Source: Methanothrix sp.
GTDB lineage: Archaea; Halobacteriota; Methanosarcinia; Methanotrichales; Methanotrichaceae
Direction of reading: 5' to 3'
Assembly: GCA_037128175.1 (NCBI GenBank)
Contig: JBAXWY010000023.1
Location: forward strand, 1-43,089
DNA length: 43,089 bases
Shown here one piece after another: positions 10,370-19,798 of this stretch; positions within the stretch are counted from its first letter, which is position 1, and each line of letters begins with the position of its first letter. The notes under the pieces were generated by a model. That model was not told the origin of the DNA, did not search any database, and was given only the letters and a program-made list of their open reading frames with translations. The translations under genes and the position numbers were made by a program.

Positions 10370-10990
10370 CTACTCACCAGCTACTCGGATCAGCCAGTTT
10401 ATCTTCATGGTTTCGTTTGTCTTTCCAGTCAATTCAAAAGTGGCGGGCTTCATCTGGTTACCGATGAAGAAGAAGGAGTTGCTCGTTTCATTGGTTTTCT
10501 CCATCCCTATTCTCATGGATCCGCGATCGTAGAAGATCACATAGAAGTCACCCGTTACTGGTATAGACGGAAGCATTATTGCCCGTGATATAAAGCGGCC
10601 CTCGCTAACGTATGCGAAGTACAGATTCTGCGTATCGGCAAACTTATAAAGCAGATTCAGGTTTTTATCCCTTATCTCTACCAGGAAGTTTTTGTCCGGC
10701 CCAAAGTCCTTTGTGGTGTTGTTGTATGTGGTCAAACCAGTTACTTCTATTCCACTTATCTTCCAACCTGGTTTTGGTGCTGTAAACATGACCGCTTCGC
10801 CAACAAAGAGACCTGTTAGGCTGCCAAAATCCTGGAATGTGGTATATGGCAGCAAGATCATTTCTGAGAGATTTCCGCTGTCCTCCTTGAGGACGGTTAG
10901 CTTGGAAATAGGTGCATTATTTTGAGCCATCACACCATTAATCATTGCTGCGCAAAATAATACTGTCACGAATAATATAATTTTTCTCAA
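10370..10990 (-). CDS. Secreted hypothetical protein
   Basis: TTG start with GGGGGT RBS; signal peptide ending VMA; beta-rich body ending NWLIRVAGE. Confidence 0.8.
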   Translation of the reverse strand: MRKIILFVTVLFCAAMINGVMAQNNAPISKLTVLKEDSGNLSEMILLPYTTFQDFGSLTGLFVGEAVMFTAPKPGWKISGIEVTGLTTYNNTTKDFGPDKNFLVEIRDKNLNLLYKFADTQNLYFAYVSEGRFISRAIMLPSIPVTGDFYVIFYDRGSMRIGMEKTNETSNSFFFIGNQMKPATFELTGKTNETMKINWLIRVAGE

Positions 10991-11138
10991 GTTATACCCC
11001 CGTAAAGATTCTTTTTCGTATGAGCAAACTGCCCAAAATGTACGTTATAGTAACTTTTTTATATAAAACTATAATGAAGGTGGAATGCTGCGTCCTTTCG
11101 GAAGCAGCAGTCCGCATTGTCTTCATCATGCGATCCTT

Positions 11139-12074
11139 TTACTTCTTGAAGGCGCCTTCCAGGGGCGGGACGACCTGCTTCTTGCGAGACAGGCACTTCT
11201 CCTTGTAGATGGAGTTGTTGGCGAGCTTGCCGCCGAAAGCCTTCTCAAATCCTGCGGCTGCCGTGGCATTTCCTACGAAGAGCAGATCGCTGGCTTCTTT
11301 CATGACGTCCGTAAGCATGAGCACGACCATATCCAGCTTCTCAGCCTCTTTCATCTTATTCATCTCATCCAGAATGGCCGCTCTCTTGGGTGCGAGATCA
11401 GCTAGATCCATGACCTCGACCTGACCCACGCCGGACTTGGTGCCGGAGAAGTCGAACTTCTTGAAGTCGCCCATTAAAATGTCCTTGGCGGACTTGGAGG
11501 ACATGTTGCTCTTGGCCTTTAAGAGCTCCATGCCGAACTTCATGGGATCGACGCCCGCGATCTTGGCCAGCTTCTCGACTGCTGCCTTGTCGCGAGGAGT
11601 GCAGGTAGGAGACTTGAAGAGCACAGTATCGGAGAGAATGGCTGACATCATCAGACCGGCCATCTCCTTGCTGATGGCGATATTGTTCTGCTCATAGAGG
11701 TTCGCGATGATGCCGCCCGTCGCGCCCACCGGCTCATTGAGGAAGAATATGGGCTTGCCGGTAGCAAGGCCGCCGATCTTGTGGTGGTCTACGATCTCCA
11801 CGATATTTTCCATTGAGAGCTTGTCCACAGCATGAGCCATCTCATTGTGATCTACCAGGATGACCATCTTGTCGGTGGCATCGGTGAGCTTCTCAGGATA
11901 TGCAACTTTGAAGTAATCCAGCAGGAACTTTGTCTCGTCGTTGATGTCTCCGGCGGCGGCAGCGACGACCTCTTTCATTCCCAGGGCGTTCTTCAGATTG
12001 GCATAAGCTATTGCAGATGTTACAGAATCGGTATCGGGACTCTTGTGTCCAACTACGTAGATCTTGTCGGTCAA
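11139..12074 (-). CDS. ppaC: Manganese-dependent inorganic pyrophosphatase (family II)
   Basis: GHKSPDTDS, LVDHNE, DHH, AILSDT, SRKKQVVP; TTG start at 12074 with GAGGTG RBS. Confidence 0.96.
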   Translation of the reverse strand: MTDKIYVVGHKSPDTDSVTSAIAYANLKNALGMKEVVAAAAGDINDETKFLLDYFKVAYPEKLTDATDKMVILVDHNEMAHAVDKLSMENIVEIVDHHKIGGLATGKPIFFLNEPVGATGGIIANLYEQNNIAISKEMAGLMMSAILSDTVLFKSPTCTPRDKAAVEKLAKIAGVDPMKFGMELLKAKSNMSSKSAKDILMGDFKKFDFSGTKSGVGQVEVMDLADLAPKRAAILDEMNKMKEAEKLDMVVLMLTDVMKEASDLLFVGNATAAAGFEKAFGGKLANNSIYKEKCLSRKKQVVPPLEGAFKK

Positions 12075-12170
12075 GTGTTGCACCTCAGCATTGTTAGTGT
12101 AGAACTTCGACTTAAAGCTTACTAGGCAGCAAGACACACCCGGAAATTGCTGTATCTGGCTTGGGAAAAC

Positions 12171-12178
12171 TTTATAAA
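12171..12178 (-). promoter_or_regulatory. Probable TATA box of ppaC
   Basis: TTTATAAA about 100 nt upstream of the start codon. Confidence 0.5.
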
Positions 12179-12493
12179 TTCCGGCTGCATTCAAGTAATG
12201 TCCCTTTAGAGGGCTGACATGAGCTTAGAATATGTTCTGCTGTGAATGTTGGTGCAAGAAGGGGACTACAGGCCGCGTTGATAGGTCCTTATGGTAGGAT
12301 ACTGACTATCTGTCTACCTATGACCATGAGACAACCCAAATGCGGTACAGACGCCCGCTACGAGGGTTACTGGGCTGACTGCGGATACCCATCGGATGAC
12401 GTACCAGAGTTAGTATCGGGCGACAAAATCTATTTTCCTGCAAACTGATCCCCAGCGATAATTTAATCACTCTTTAGCCCAAAACATACCAGT

Positions 12494-13138
12494 GTGAAGG
12501 GACTGCTCATCACCCTGGAGGGCATCGACGGCTCGGGAAAGGGCACTGCTGCGAAACATATTGCCGCAAGGCTAGCAGAGACGATGCCTGAAAGGAGATT
12601 GGTGCTTACCGCCGAGCCAACGTCCGGACAGGTGGGAAAGATCCTGAGAGCGGAAATGGCAAGAGTGGACGGCGAGACGGAATCCTCTGCCGCAAAGCGT
12701 ATGCAAGAGCTTTTCCTCTTCATGGCGGACCACGCCCACCATCTCACCAAGACCGTACTTCCCGCTCTGGAAACGGGTGCAATTGTTCTGTCCGATAGAT
12801 ATGCCGACTCCACGGCCGCCTACCAGGGCGTGACGCTGAGAGGAATTGTGCCCGATCCGGTGTCATGGATCCAGAGCATTTACAGACCCTGGAATTTGCT
12901 CCCCGACAAAACACTGCTCTTCGTCTTAGACCCAAAAGTCGCGCTGCAAAGAATGCAGTCGCGCAAGGGGCGGCAGAAGTTCGAGAGGCTTGAATTCCTG
13001 CGATTGGTGGATGAGAACTTCCGGCGCATGGCCGCCCTTGAGCCGGAGCGATTTGTGCAGATAGACGCGACGAAGGAAGCAAAAAAGGTGGAGGAAGAGG
13101 CCATAAACGCGATCCTCAATCACATAAACAGTGGCTAA
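12494..13138 (+). CDS. tmk: Thymidylate kinase
   Basis: ITLEGIDGSGKGT P-loop, AEPT, LSDRYADSTAAYQG. Confidence 0.96.
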   Translation: MKGLLITLEGIDGSGKGTAAKHIAARLAETMPERRLVLTAEPTSGQVGKILRAEMARVDGETESSAAKRMQELFLFMADHAHHLTKTVLPALETGAIVLSDRYADSTAAYQGVTLRGIVPDPVSWIQSIYRPWNLLPDKTLLFVLDPKVALQRMQSRKGRQKFERLEFLRLVDENFRRMAALEPERFVQIDATKEAKKVEEEAINAILNHINSG

Positions 13139-13208
13139 CCTCAATTTATGATCGGTTCTTTATGCGCCCTTGGTCCCTCGCGATTTCGAGTTGGTAATGG
13201 ATAATAGA

Positions 13209-13332
13209 GTTCTCTGTGAGTCATCCCTCGCGCTCTGTGTCTGCGGTGGTGGTAGTACCGTCAGCCATTTGGTAATAACCAGATGCTAACGACGACATTT
13301 CCACCACAGAGACACCACAGTTCACAGAGAAC
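13209..13332. repeat. Long imperfect palindrome (REP/MITE-like) between convergent genes
   Basis: Perfect 11-bp outer IR GTTCTCTGTGA/TCACAGAGAAC; inner GTGTCTGCGGTGGTGG/CCACCACAGAGACAC; apical CATTTGGT-AATA-ACCAGATG. Confidence 0.7.
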
Positions 13333-13451
13333 GCACAGAGACGAACAAACAACAGGAAAAACATAATAACTTGAGGTTAGTCACTGATCCAAAATCCAGG
13401 TTAATAGTCGTCTCCGTTCGTCCTACCTCGCGCTCTCCCGACTCTGCGGTT

Positions 13452-14081
13452 TTATCCGCCAAGAGCCAATTCGATCAGCCTTTTAGCCCACTCAAGTTTT
13501 CTTTTTTTGCGCGGCGTGACGCTCTCATCCTCAAAGTCAAAGCCCAGCAGCGTTATAGAGGCCGCTCCAAGCTCTTTGGCCAGAAATACACATCGATCTC
13601 CGTCCGTGAACCCTCCGAAGTTGTAGAGGCCAGGCATTGGACGGCACTGCACCGTTCCTATGATTCTCTTTAACTGCGGCACATATCTATCCAGGGCATC
13701 CAGATTATCTCCGTGGGCATGCACCACCACGATTGAGCCCATCCCATTGGCCTTCAAAATGGCGGGAAAAGGTCCATCCAGGTCGGTGACCACCATATCG
13801 GGCACAATGCCCTGCCTTAAAAGTACGGCTGTGGCCCCATCCGCGGCCAGAAAGACGGCATCTCTTTCTTGCAGCCCCTCCAACTCCGCCTCCAGTGAGG
13901 GGGCATTGCCGCATACTACTACTCTATGCCCGGCCACAATTGTTTCTGCGGCGCGTAGCAGTGGCTCTCGGTCACACAAGAGCTTTGCCAGGAGCATTGC
14001 CGCTTCTTCGTCCCGGCCAGGAGAAAAGCCAAAGTCTTGCAAAATGGATTGGTAAAGAGGCTCCCAGATCGCGAATTGCAT
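13452..14081 (-). CDS. mptE: 6-hydroxymethyl-7,8-dihydropterin pyrophosphokinase (DUF115)
   Basis: WEPLYQSIL.DFGF, AADGAT, VVTDLDG, VHAHGDN, NFGGFTDGDR, KKRKLEWA. Confidence 0.92.
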   Translation of the reverse strand: MQFAIWEPLYQSILQDFGFSPGRDEEAAMLLAKLLCDREPLLRAAETIVAGHRVVVCGNAPSLEAELEGLQERDAVFLAADGATAVLLRQGIVPDMVVTDLDGPFPAILKANGMGSIVVVHAHGDNLDALDRYVPQLKRIIGTVQCRPMPGLYNFGGFTDGDRCVFLAKELGAASITLLGFDFEDESVTPRKKRKLEWAKRLIELALGG

Positions 14082-14180
14082 GCTGAAAATAGGTTCTTCA
14101 TTTAATAAAATTCTTTTCCTCAAGAGGTTTCTAAAATATTAAGTCTGAGAAAAATGAAAAGAGAAAGGAAAATCCTCTCT

Positions 14181-15197
14181 CTACAATGCGGGATAGATTC
14201 TTGGGAACTCAGCTACTGTAGGTGCCTTGAAGCAGGTGCAGTCGAAGATGCCCTTAGCGCCTTTAAGCCCCTGGTCTCCCCGGTAAGGTAATGGTTCGGT
14301 AAGGTAGCCTCCGAAGCAGCAGGGCAGCCAGTCCTCTTTCTTCTGAATCAGGTGGTAGGGCACTTCGAGGGTCATGTTCTTCTCGATGTGATAGGTTCCC
14401 CAGTAATCCTCATCGATCTCGATGGAGGGATTCTTCCAGGCAGACTTCTTCGTTACAAGGCTTGTAAATCCTTCAGTCGTTTCCTTATTTGCGATAGAAA
14501 GGAAGTTCTCATTTGCCTGCAATACACCGATATGGGCCTTGCCATCTGTTACATCCTCTACTAACTTCATCTGAGTATAGCCGACGGTTTCACGCTCCGG
14601 GTCCCAGGTCCAGTTACTCTTATCCTTGGCGACTATTTCGAGTTCCTTATCCAGAGCATGGGCATACTCGACCTCATGGTGCATGCTTGTGCCTGCCAGG
14701 TAATTCTTCACCCAGGTCTTTTCCTTGAGCAGAGAGCTGTAATCCAGCGGGTTTGCTGCATAATAGCCGGTACCGACAGCGATCCTCATGGGCGCATAGA
14801 CCATGGCCACATCCTCTTTGAACTGGATGCAGTCCTGAGCGAAGTCGTTGTAGTCGGATTGGGCATTATGCGTCTTGCGATCCAGGTTCTGGTAGGTCAA
14901 AGTGGCCTCACTGTTCAAGGAGCCAGAGCCATGAGCATAATTCTTGACAGCGACGTTGCCGGCCTTAGCATACAGGTAGGTAACGAAGTAACCATTTCCC
15001 TGCACGCTCTGCTCAAAGTCGAATGTCCTGTTGCTCTCCTCGTATCCATTCGGGTATAAAACCTCTTTTCCAGTCTCAGGGTCATATGTTTGCAAAGCTG
15101 GCCAGCTTAATTGATTTGGGCCTGCTGCCGCCAATGAGCCTCCAGTAAGAGCTACTAAAACCATTGCTACTAATACTGTTAGTATAGCCTTCTTCAG
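14181..15197 (-). CDS. Secreted hypothetical protein with Cys-rich C-terminus
   Basis: Signal peptide KKAILTVLVAM...SLA; WLPCC and CTC near the C-terminus; probable CTG start at 15197 behind GGAGGGA (ORF open to 15227). Confidence 0.85.
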   Translation of the reverse strand: MKKAILTVLVAMVLVALTGGSLAAAGPNQLSWPALQTYDPETGKEVLYPNGYEESNRTFDFEQSVQGNGYFVTYLYAKAGNVAVKNYAHGSGSLNSEATLTYQNLDRKTHNAQSDYNDFAQDCIQFKEDVAMVYAPMRIAVGTGYYAANPLDYSSLLKEKTWVKNYLAGTSMHHEVEYAHALDKELEIVAKDKSNWTWDPERETVGYTQMKLVEDVTDGKAHIGVLQANENFLSIANKETTEGFTSLVTKKSAWKNPSIEIDEDYWGTYHIEKNMTLEVPYHLIQKKEDWLPCCFGGYLTEPLPYRGDQGLKGAKGIFDCTCFKAPTVAEFPRIYPAL

Positions 15198-15533
15198 ATC
15201 AATCCCTCCATCTAAAGCGAATAACACTATTCTTTATGATCCTGCATTCCGTAAGTCAACGCACCTATTTTAATCTGTTGATTGCCTTTTTTATTAAAAG
15301 AGAAACGACTTTTCCCTTTTCGCAATCAGATCACATGCATAACCAAAAGGTTAATACGTAAAGCGTTTATCGATATGTAATAGTATGTTCGCTCCTATCG
15401 ATCTTATGATAAGGTCATCTTTTGGTCAGAACCATTTTGCACGAGAATCATGCTATTTGGGCAAAGAGTCGAATGGGATTAATAATTATATATCAAGATG
15501 AACATAGGTCATAAGATCTGAAAATCGAGCATG

Positions 15534-15644
15534 CAAAAAACCCCACCATGTATAGTACTAAAAGAGAAGACCCATGCCACCCAAGGCATGGGATTCCCGG
15601 GTTTTTTGGTTCCAAATTGGAGCCAAACCCCAGCCGCAGGCTGG
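15534..15644 (+). promoter_or_regulatory. Structured 5' leader with four stem-loops
   Basis: CAAAAAACCC/GGGTTTTTTG enclosing CCCATGCC/GGCATGGG, then GGTTCCA/TGGAGCC and CCAGCC/GGCTGG; TATA-like run at about 15480-15493. Confidence 0.45.
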
Positions 15645-15664
15645 AACAGGAGGACAAACGGGGG

Positions 15665-16525
15665 ATGCTGGCAGAACTGGAAGATAAGAGAGGCAAACTC
15701 AGACAGGAGTCCCTTGCCTTCAAGGATCGAAGAAGCCAATTGAATGCTGAAGCGAGCAAATGGGCCGCCAAGCGCAATGAGCTGAACAAGGCCACCAAAG
15801 AGCTAATAGACAACGCCCAGGAGCTTAAGAAGCTACGGGACGAAAATAACAAGAATGTGGCCGATTCCAAGAAGGATAGGGATGAGTACAATGAGAATAC
15901 CAATCAGCTCTATGCAAGGATTGACGACATCAGGAAGAAGTACAACCTCACCGGCGAGCGTTCCATAAGGGATCTGCGCCGCGAGATCGATCACCTGGAA
16001 TTCAGGCAGCAGACTGAAGTCTTAAGCCCGGATAAAGAGAAACAGCTGGTCGATAAAATTGCCGCCTTGCATGCAGAATTCAAAGGCAGAAAAGAGCAGC
16101 TTGAGAAGAATGAAGAGCTGAGGAAGCTTCTCGATGAAGCGCAAGCCATGAGAGATCAGGCTTCTAACCACCACGATCTGGTTACCAAGTTCGCGGAAAT
16201 GGCCCAGGAATACCACGATCAGATGATAGGCACCTTTAAAGAAGCCGATCAGACTCGTGCCGAAGCCGATGCCGCCCACAAGGAATTCGTGAAGGCCCAG
16301 GAGGCCGCCGATGAGCAGCACAAAGAGTTCATCCGCACCCAGAGAGAGGTTCGCGATTTCGAAAAGGTCATCGTGGGCTTGAAGAAGAAGAACCGGGACA
16401 TAAAGGAAGATCGCGCCAAAGAAGTTGCCAAGCGCGAGGCCGAGGATATCCTTACCCACTTCAGGCAGGGCGAGAAGCTGAACACCGTCGATCTACTAAG
16501 GCTGCAACGTGCCGGCCTGGTTTGA
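15665..16525 (+). CDS. Archaeal coiled-coil protein (COG1340-like)
   Basis: Long heptad pattern, LEFRQQTEVLS..KEKQLV, C-terminal GEKLNTVDLLRLQ; ATG at 15665 after GGAGG. Confidence 0.88.
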   Translation: MLAELEDKRGKLRQESLAFKDRRSQLNAEASKWAAKRNELNKATKELIDNAQELKKLRDENNKNVADSKKDRDEYNENTNQLYARIDDIRKKYNLTGERSIRDLRREIDHLEFRQQTEVLSPDKEKQLVDKIAALHAEFKGRKEQLEKNEELRKLLDEAQAMRDQASNHHDLVTKFAEMAQEYHDQMIGTFKEADQTRAEADAAHKEFVKAQEAADEQHKEFIRTQREVRDFEKVIVGLKKKNRDIKEDRAKEVAKREAEDILTHFRQGEKLNTVDLLRLQRAGLV

Positions 16526-16630
16526 TTCGCGCTAAAATTTGAACTTATGGGCAGAGAACCTGCCCCTCTTAGATTTTATGCATCACATAAGACCGTAAGC
16601 TTTTAAGCTTCCTCTTCTGAATCGGAATTG

Positions 16631-17158
16631 ATGAATGAGATTCGCCTGCTCTTCGGAAAACCGGTTATCAAGGACAAAGGGCTACTCATATCAGCGATTA
16701 AGGATCTACAATCCCGTCATGGCTGCATAGTGCAGGCTCTCGACGCAGATAAAGTCGCAGGTGAGAGACATATTCGCTTTGCCGCAAAGAAGGCGCTGGC
16801 AGCTTTTTCCGAAGCGAGAAACATCGCTAAAGATGCAGGAATGGAGATCATGCGTTACGCCTCCGGAGAGAGGCAGATTGAAAGAGCCCTTTTCATGAGA
16901 GTATCGGATCGTACAGAGAGAATCGCACTTGTCCTCGCCGGCTCCGGCTCCCTGCCGGACGCCTCGGAGCTGTCCCGGATCATTGAGCTGGACGGACAGG
17001 GCAGTTCTTTTTGTGCAAAGGCCGTAAAAGAGGCTTTTAATATCTCTTCCGAGGAGCTACGAGCCGTGGGCGAGGAAAGGATAGAAGATCTGGTCATCGA
17101 AAGAGTGGCCCTGGTGGATACATACCGGCAAACCGTAAAAAATAAGGATGAGTTGTAA
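16631..17158 (+). CDS. cgi121: KEOPS complex subunit Cgi121
   Basis: QALDADKVAGERH, EIMRYASGERQIERA, LVIERVAL. Confidence 0.9.
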   Translation: MNEIRLLFGKPVIKDKGLLISAIKDLQSRHGCIVQALDADKVAGERHIRFAAKKALAAFSEARNIAKDAGMEIMRYASGERQIERALFMRVSDRTERIALVLAGSGSLPDASELSRIIELDGQGSSFCAKAVKEAFNISSEELRAVGEERIEDLVIERVALVDTYRQTVKNKDEL

Positions 17159-17159
17159 A

Positions 17160-17759
17160 ATGAAAGAAGAATTCTACACCGAGAAGCGATGGCTCAACTG
17201 GATGAATAAGGTCAAGGACAGCAACTTCAAGCTTACCGAGGAGGATGATAAGAACTCGGGTGCCGTCTTCATCTACATTATGGATGACGTGGTGCTGGCC
17301 TGCCTAAAGGTAATAGCCCGATGCGAGCACACGGTTATAGCTCCCGAAGCGGCCCTGGAAGAGATCATGGCCATCAGGTCGATTGTCTTTACCGAAAACG
17401 AATCCATGGGAGAAGATGCCGATTTGATGCTCGAATCCCTCAAGACCTCTCTTGCCGCAGTATTCGTCTCCAGCCAGCGCTATATCATAGGAATATTTGA
17501 TCGCGAAACCCCCCTGCAAGAGATGGTGGCAAAGGCAGTTGCTGCCGAGCAAGAAGAGAACCTGGATGAAGCATTCGATCTGCTCAGTCAGGTAGGGGCC
17601 AGAGTGATTGGCGGAGAGAACCTTCCTGAGATTGGCGACATACCTTACTGCATGACGGCAGAGCTTATGGACGGAATTGATGCCATATCGGCAGCCATGC
17701 TTGGCGACGATAGCTACAAAGATGATGATGGGTCTGTGGACACAGGCGGGGCCGACTAG
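17160..17759 (+). CDS. DUF2150-like conserved archaeal protein
   Basis: N-terminal FYTEKRWLNW motif, DDV..ACLK, GARVIGGE. Confidence 0.8.
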   Translation: MKEEFYTEKRWLNWMNKVKDSNFKLTEEDDKNSGAVFIYIMDDVVLACLKVIARCEHTVIAPEAALEEIMAIRSIVFTENESMGEDADLMLESLKTSLAAVFVSSQRYIIGIFDRETPLQEMVAKAVAAEQEENLDEAFDLLSQVGARVIGGENLPEIGDIPYCMTAELMDGIDAISAAMLGDDSYKDDDGSVDTGGAD

Positions 17760-18646
17760 CTGGATCTGGTTATTACCTCGCACCCCTTCTCGAGAACCAC
17801 AACTGTGTGCTCGGCCTGGGAGACCAGGGCCCCTTCTACCTCCCAGAGTACCGGATATCTGTGCACGGCTCCACTGCGCAGGAGCTGCATGAGCGCATAT
17901 TCCGCTCTTTCGCCTTTGAGCCAGCGCCGGGCAAAGGGAAGCGTTTTGTAGCTTTCTGAAATCTCTTTTAAGAGCGTTCGAGCCGCAGGAAGCCGCACCG
18001 GCCGAAAAGCGGAAAAACCGTAGATCTCGTTGATGAGAGCCTCGCTAATCCTGCCCGAGCCGTTGGTAGCAAAGGGCTCAATGGCGATAACATCTCCATC
18101 CTTCAAGACGGTGCCTTTCTCCATAGCCCGGTTGGGCACAGCAGGCTCGTCGTGGGCCAGATATCTGGACAGACCGTGGCCTGTCAAGTTATATACCGGC
18201 TTGTAGCCGTAGCCGGTTATGACGTCTTCAATGGCCTTGCCGATCTGGGCCGTGTCGATACCGGGCCTGATTATCTCTAAAGCCGCCTCCAGAGCGACAT
18301 GGGAGGCCTCGACCAGACTTTCGTGGCCGCCGAGGTCAACTGTGATGGCGGCATCGGCAATATAGCCGTCCACGTGCACACCCACATCCAGCTTGACCAT
18401 ATTCTCGCCAAAACGGGCGGCATCAAGGGGCGAAGGCGTATAATGAGCCGCGTTTCTATCCAGAGATATGTTACAGGGAAAGGCGGGTATTGCGCCCTTT
18501 GATCGAATTGCATCCTCTACGAAATTTGCCACATCCAGCAGTGACGCGCCCAATTCCACACGCGGCCTTGCCTTCGCCAGAACCTCGGCCAGGATTCGCC
18601 CTGCCTTTCTGTAATTCTCTAAAATTTCAGTTTCCATTGATAACAC
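17756..18646 (-). CDS. map: Methionine aminopeptidase type II
   Basis: AFPCNIS..AAHYTP, KLDVGVHVDGYIAD, NLTGH, AIEPFAT, SQAEHTV. Confidence 0.97.
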   Translation of the reverse strand: MLSMETEILENYRKAGRILAEVLAKARPRVELGASLLDVANFVEDAIRSKGAIPAFPCNISLDRNAAHYTPSPLDAARFGENMVKLDVGVHVDGYIADAAITVDLGGHESLVEASHVALEAALEIIRPGIDTAQIGKAIEDVITGYGYKPVYNLTGHGLSRYLAHDEPAVPNRAMEKGTVLKDGDVIAIEPFATNGSGRISEALINEIYGFSAFRPVRLPAARTLLKEISESYKTLPFARRWLKGERAEYALMQLLRSGAVHRYPVLWEVEGALVSQAEHTVVVLEKGCEVITRSS

Positions 18647-19792
18647 CTAAAGCACGAGCTTCCTCTCGAAATGAGTGAGGTTATCAGAGCCGTTTTCCTT
18701 TACCACTACCAGGTCCTCCAGACGCACGCCTCCGATATCGGGGTAGTACAGCCCCGGCTCCACAGTTACCACGTGATTGACCTGCAGCTCCTCTCCGGTC
18801 TCGCTTAGCGAGGGCTTTTCGTGCACATCCAGGCCCACGCCGTGCCCGGTGGAATGGGTAAAACCGCAGCCCTCCCTCTCCGGATATCCCAGATCCAGGA
18901 AGACCGAAGAGACCCGAGAATGGACCTCCTTGCCAGAAACTCCCGCCCGGATGGCCAGAAGACCCTCGTCCTGCGCCAGACGCACCGCCTCGTAGATCTC
19001 TTTTACCTCGGGCGCGGCTTCGCCCTTGAGAACGGTGCGCGTCATATCGGCAAAGTAACGGCTGCTCTTGCTGCGCGGAAAGATATCGATGACAATGGGG
19101 GCATTGGCGGCCAGAGGGCCCGTCCCTCGCGCATGAGGGGCAACGGCCTGTGGGCCGCTGGCAACAATGGTATCCATTGCCTCGCAGCCATCCTCCAGCA
19201 GGGATATCTCAATTGCACCGCGCACCTTTTCCGAGGTAAGAGGCTGACCCTCGCGATAGAGCAATTCTCCTCGCGGCTTTGAGCTTCCGATTAGAAGGGT
19301 CGCCTGGCGCATGGCCCTCTCGCAGGCCCTCTGTGTGCATACGATGGCGTCCAGCTCCTCTTGACTCTTTATCTCCCGGAAGCGCGAGGCGGGGCTCTCC
19401 AGGACAGAGACTTCAAAATCCTGACAAAGAAGCTGGTAAAAACCGGCTGGAAAGCGAAAAGGCAGGCCCAGACGCCTTATGCCGTGACATTGCAAAAACT
19501 CCACCAAAACCCGACAATAGGCCTCTTCCGAATTTTTGCATCTCTTCAGCGTTTCCATAATCCGGTATTGGGAAGTACTCAGACATTCGTTTGCTATGGA
19601 CTCCTTTCCGGCCCGGCATAGCTCCATGGAAGAGACGAGCAGCGTGCCTTTCTCCTGGGCAAGAAAGGCGAATTTGTCGCCGGCCAGGAAGTGAGTGAGG
19701 TAATACATGTCGGCATCACAGATGCTGTCGCCGACAAATAGAAAACCGTCCAGATTATGCCGCTCTAGAAAGATCTGGATGGGAGAAGGCAC
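18647..19792 (-). CDS. Xaa-Pro peptidase (M24B family)
   Basis: IDIFP, YFADMTRT, HSTGHGVGLDVHE, TVEPGLY, GGVRLED. Confidence 0.95.
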   Translation of the reverse strand: MPSPIQIFLERHNLDGFLFVGDSICDADMYYLTHFLAGDKFAFLAQEKGTLLVSSMELCRAGKESIANECLSTSQYRIMETLKRCKNSEEAYCRVLVEFLQCHGIRRLGLPFRFPAGFYQLLCQDFEVSVLESPASRFREIKSQEELDAIVCTQRACERAMRQATLLIGSSKPRGELLYREGQPLTSEKVRGAIEISLLEDGCEAMDTIVASGPQAVAPHARGTGPLAANAPIVIDIFPRSKSSRYFADMTRTVLKGEAAPEVKEIYEAVRLAQDEGLLAIRAGVSGKEVHSRVSSVFLDLGYPEREGCGFTHSTGHGVGLDVHEKPSLSETGEELQVNHVVTVEPGLYYPDIGGVRLEDLVVVKENGSDNLTHFERKLVL

Positions 19793-19798
19793 GAATAA

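Noticed and set aside
9895-12072. ppaC duplicate as a DGR template/variable repeat pair
   Set aside because: Mismatches are not adenine-specific on either strand, and there is no reverse transcriptase in the window
12075-12200. Fluoride riboswitch upstream of ppaC
   Set aside because: Consensus GGxGAUGG...GCUGAUGAC elements are absent
15548-15664. N-terminal extension of the coiled-coil protein
   Set aside because: Non-coiled-coil composition; a good RBS precedes the ATG at 15665
17129-17158. Cgi121 C-terminal extension as stop-codon recoding
   Set aside because: An ordinary CAA codon; at most a lost stop, which cannot be judged without orthologs
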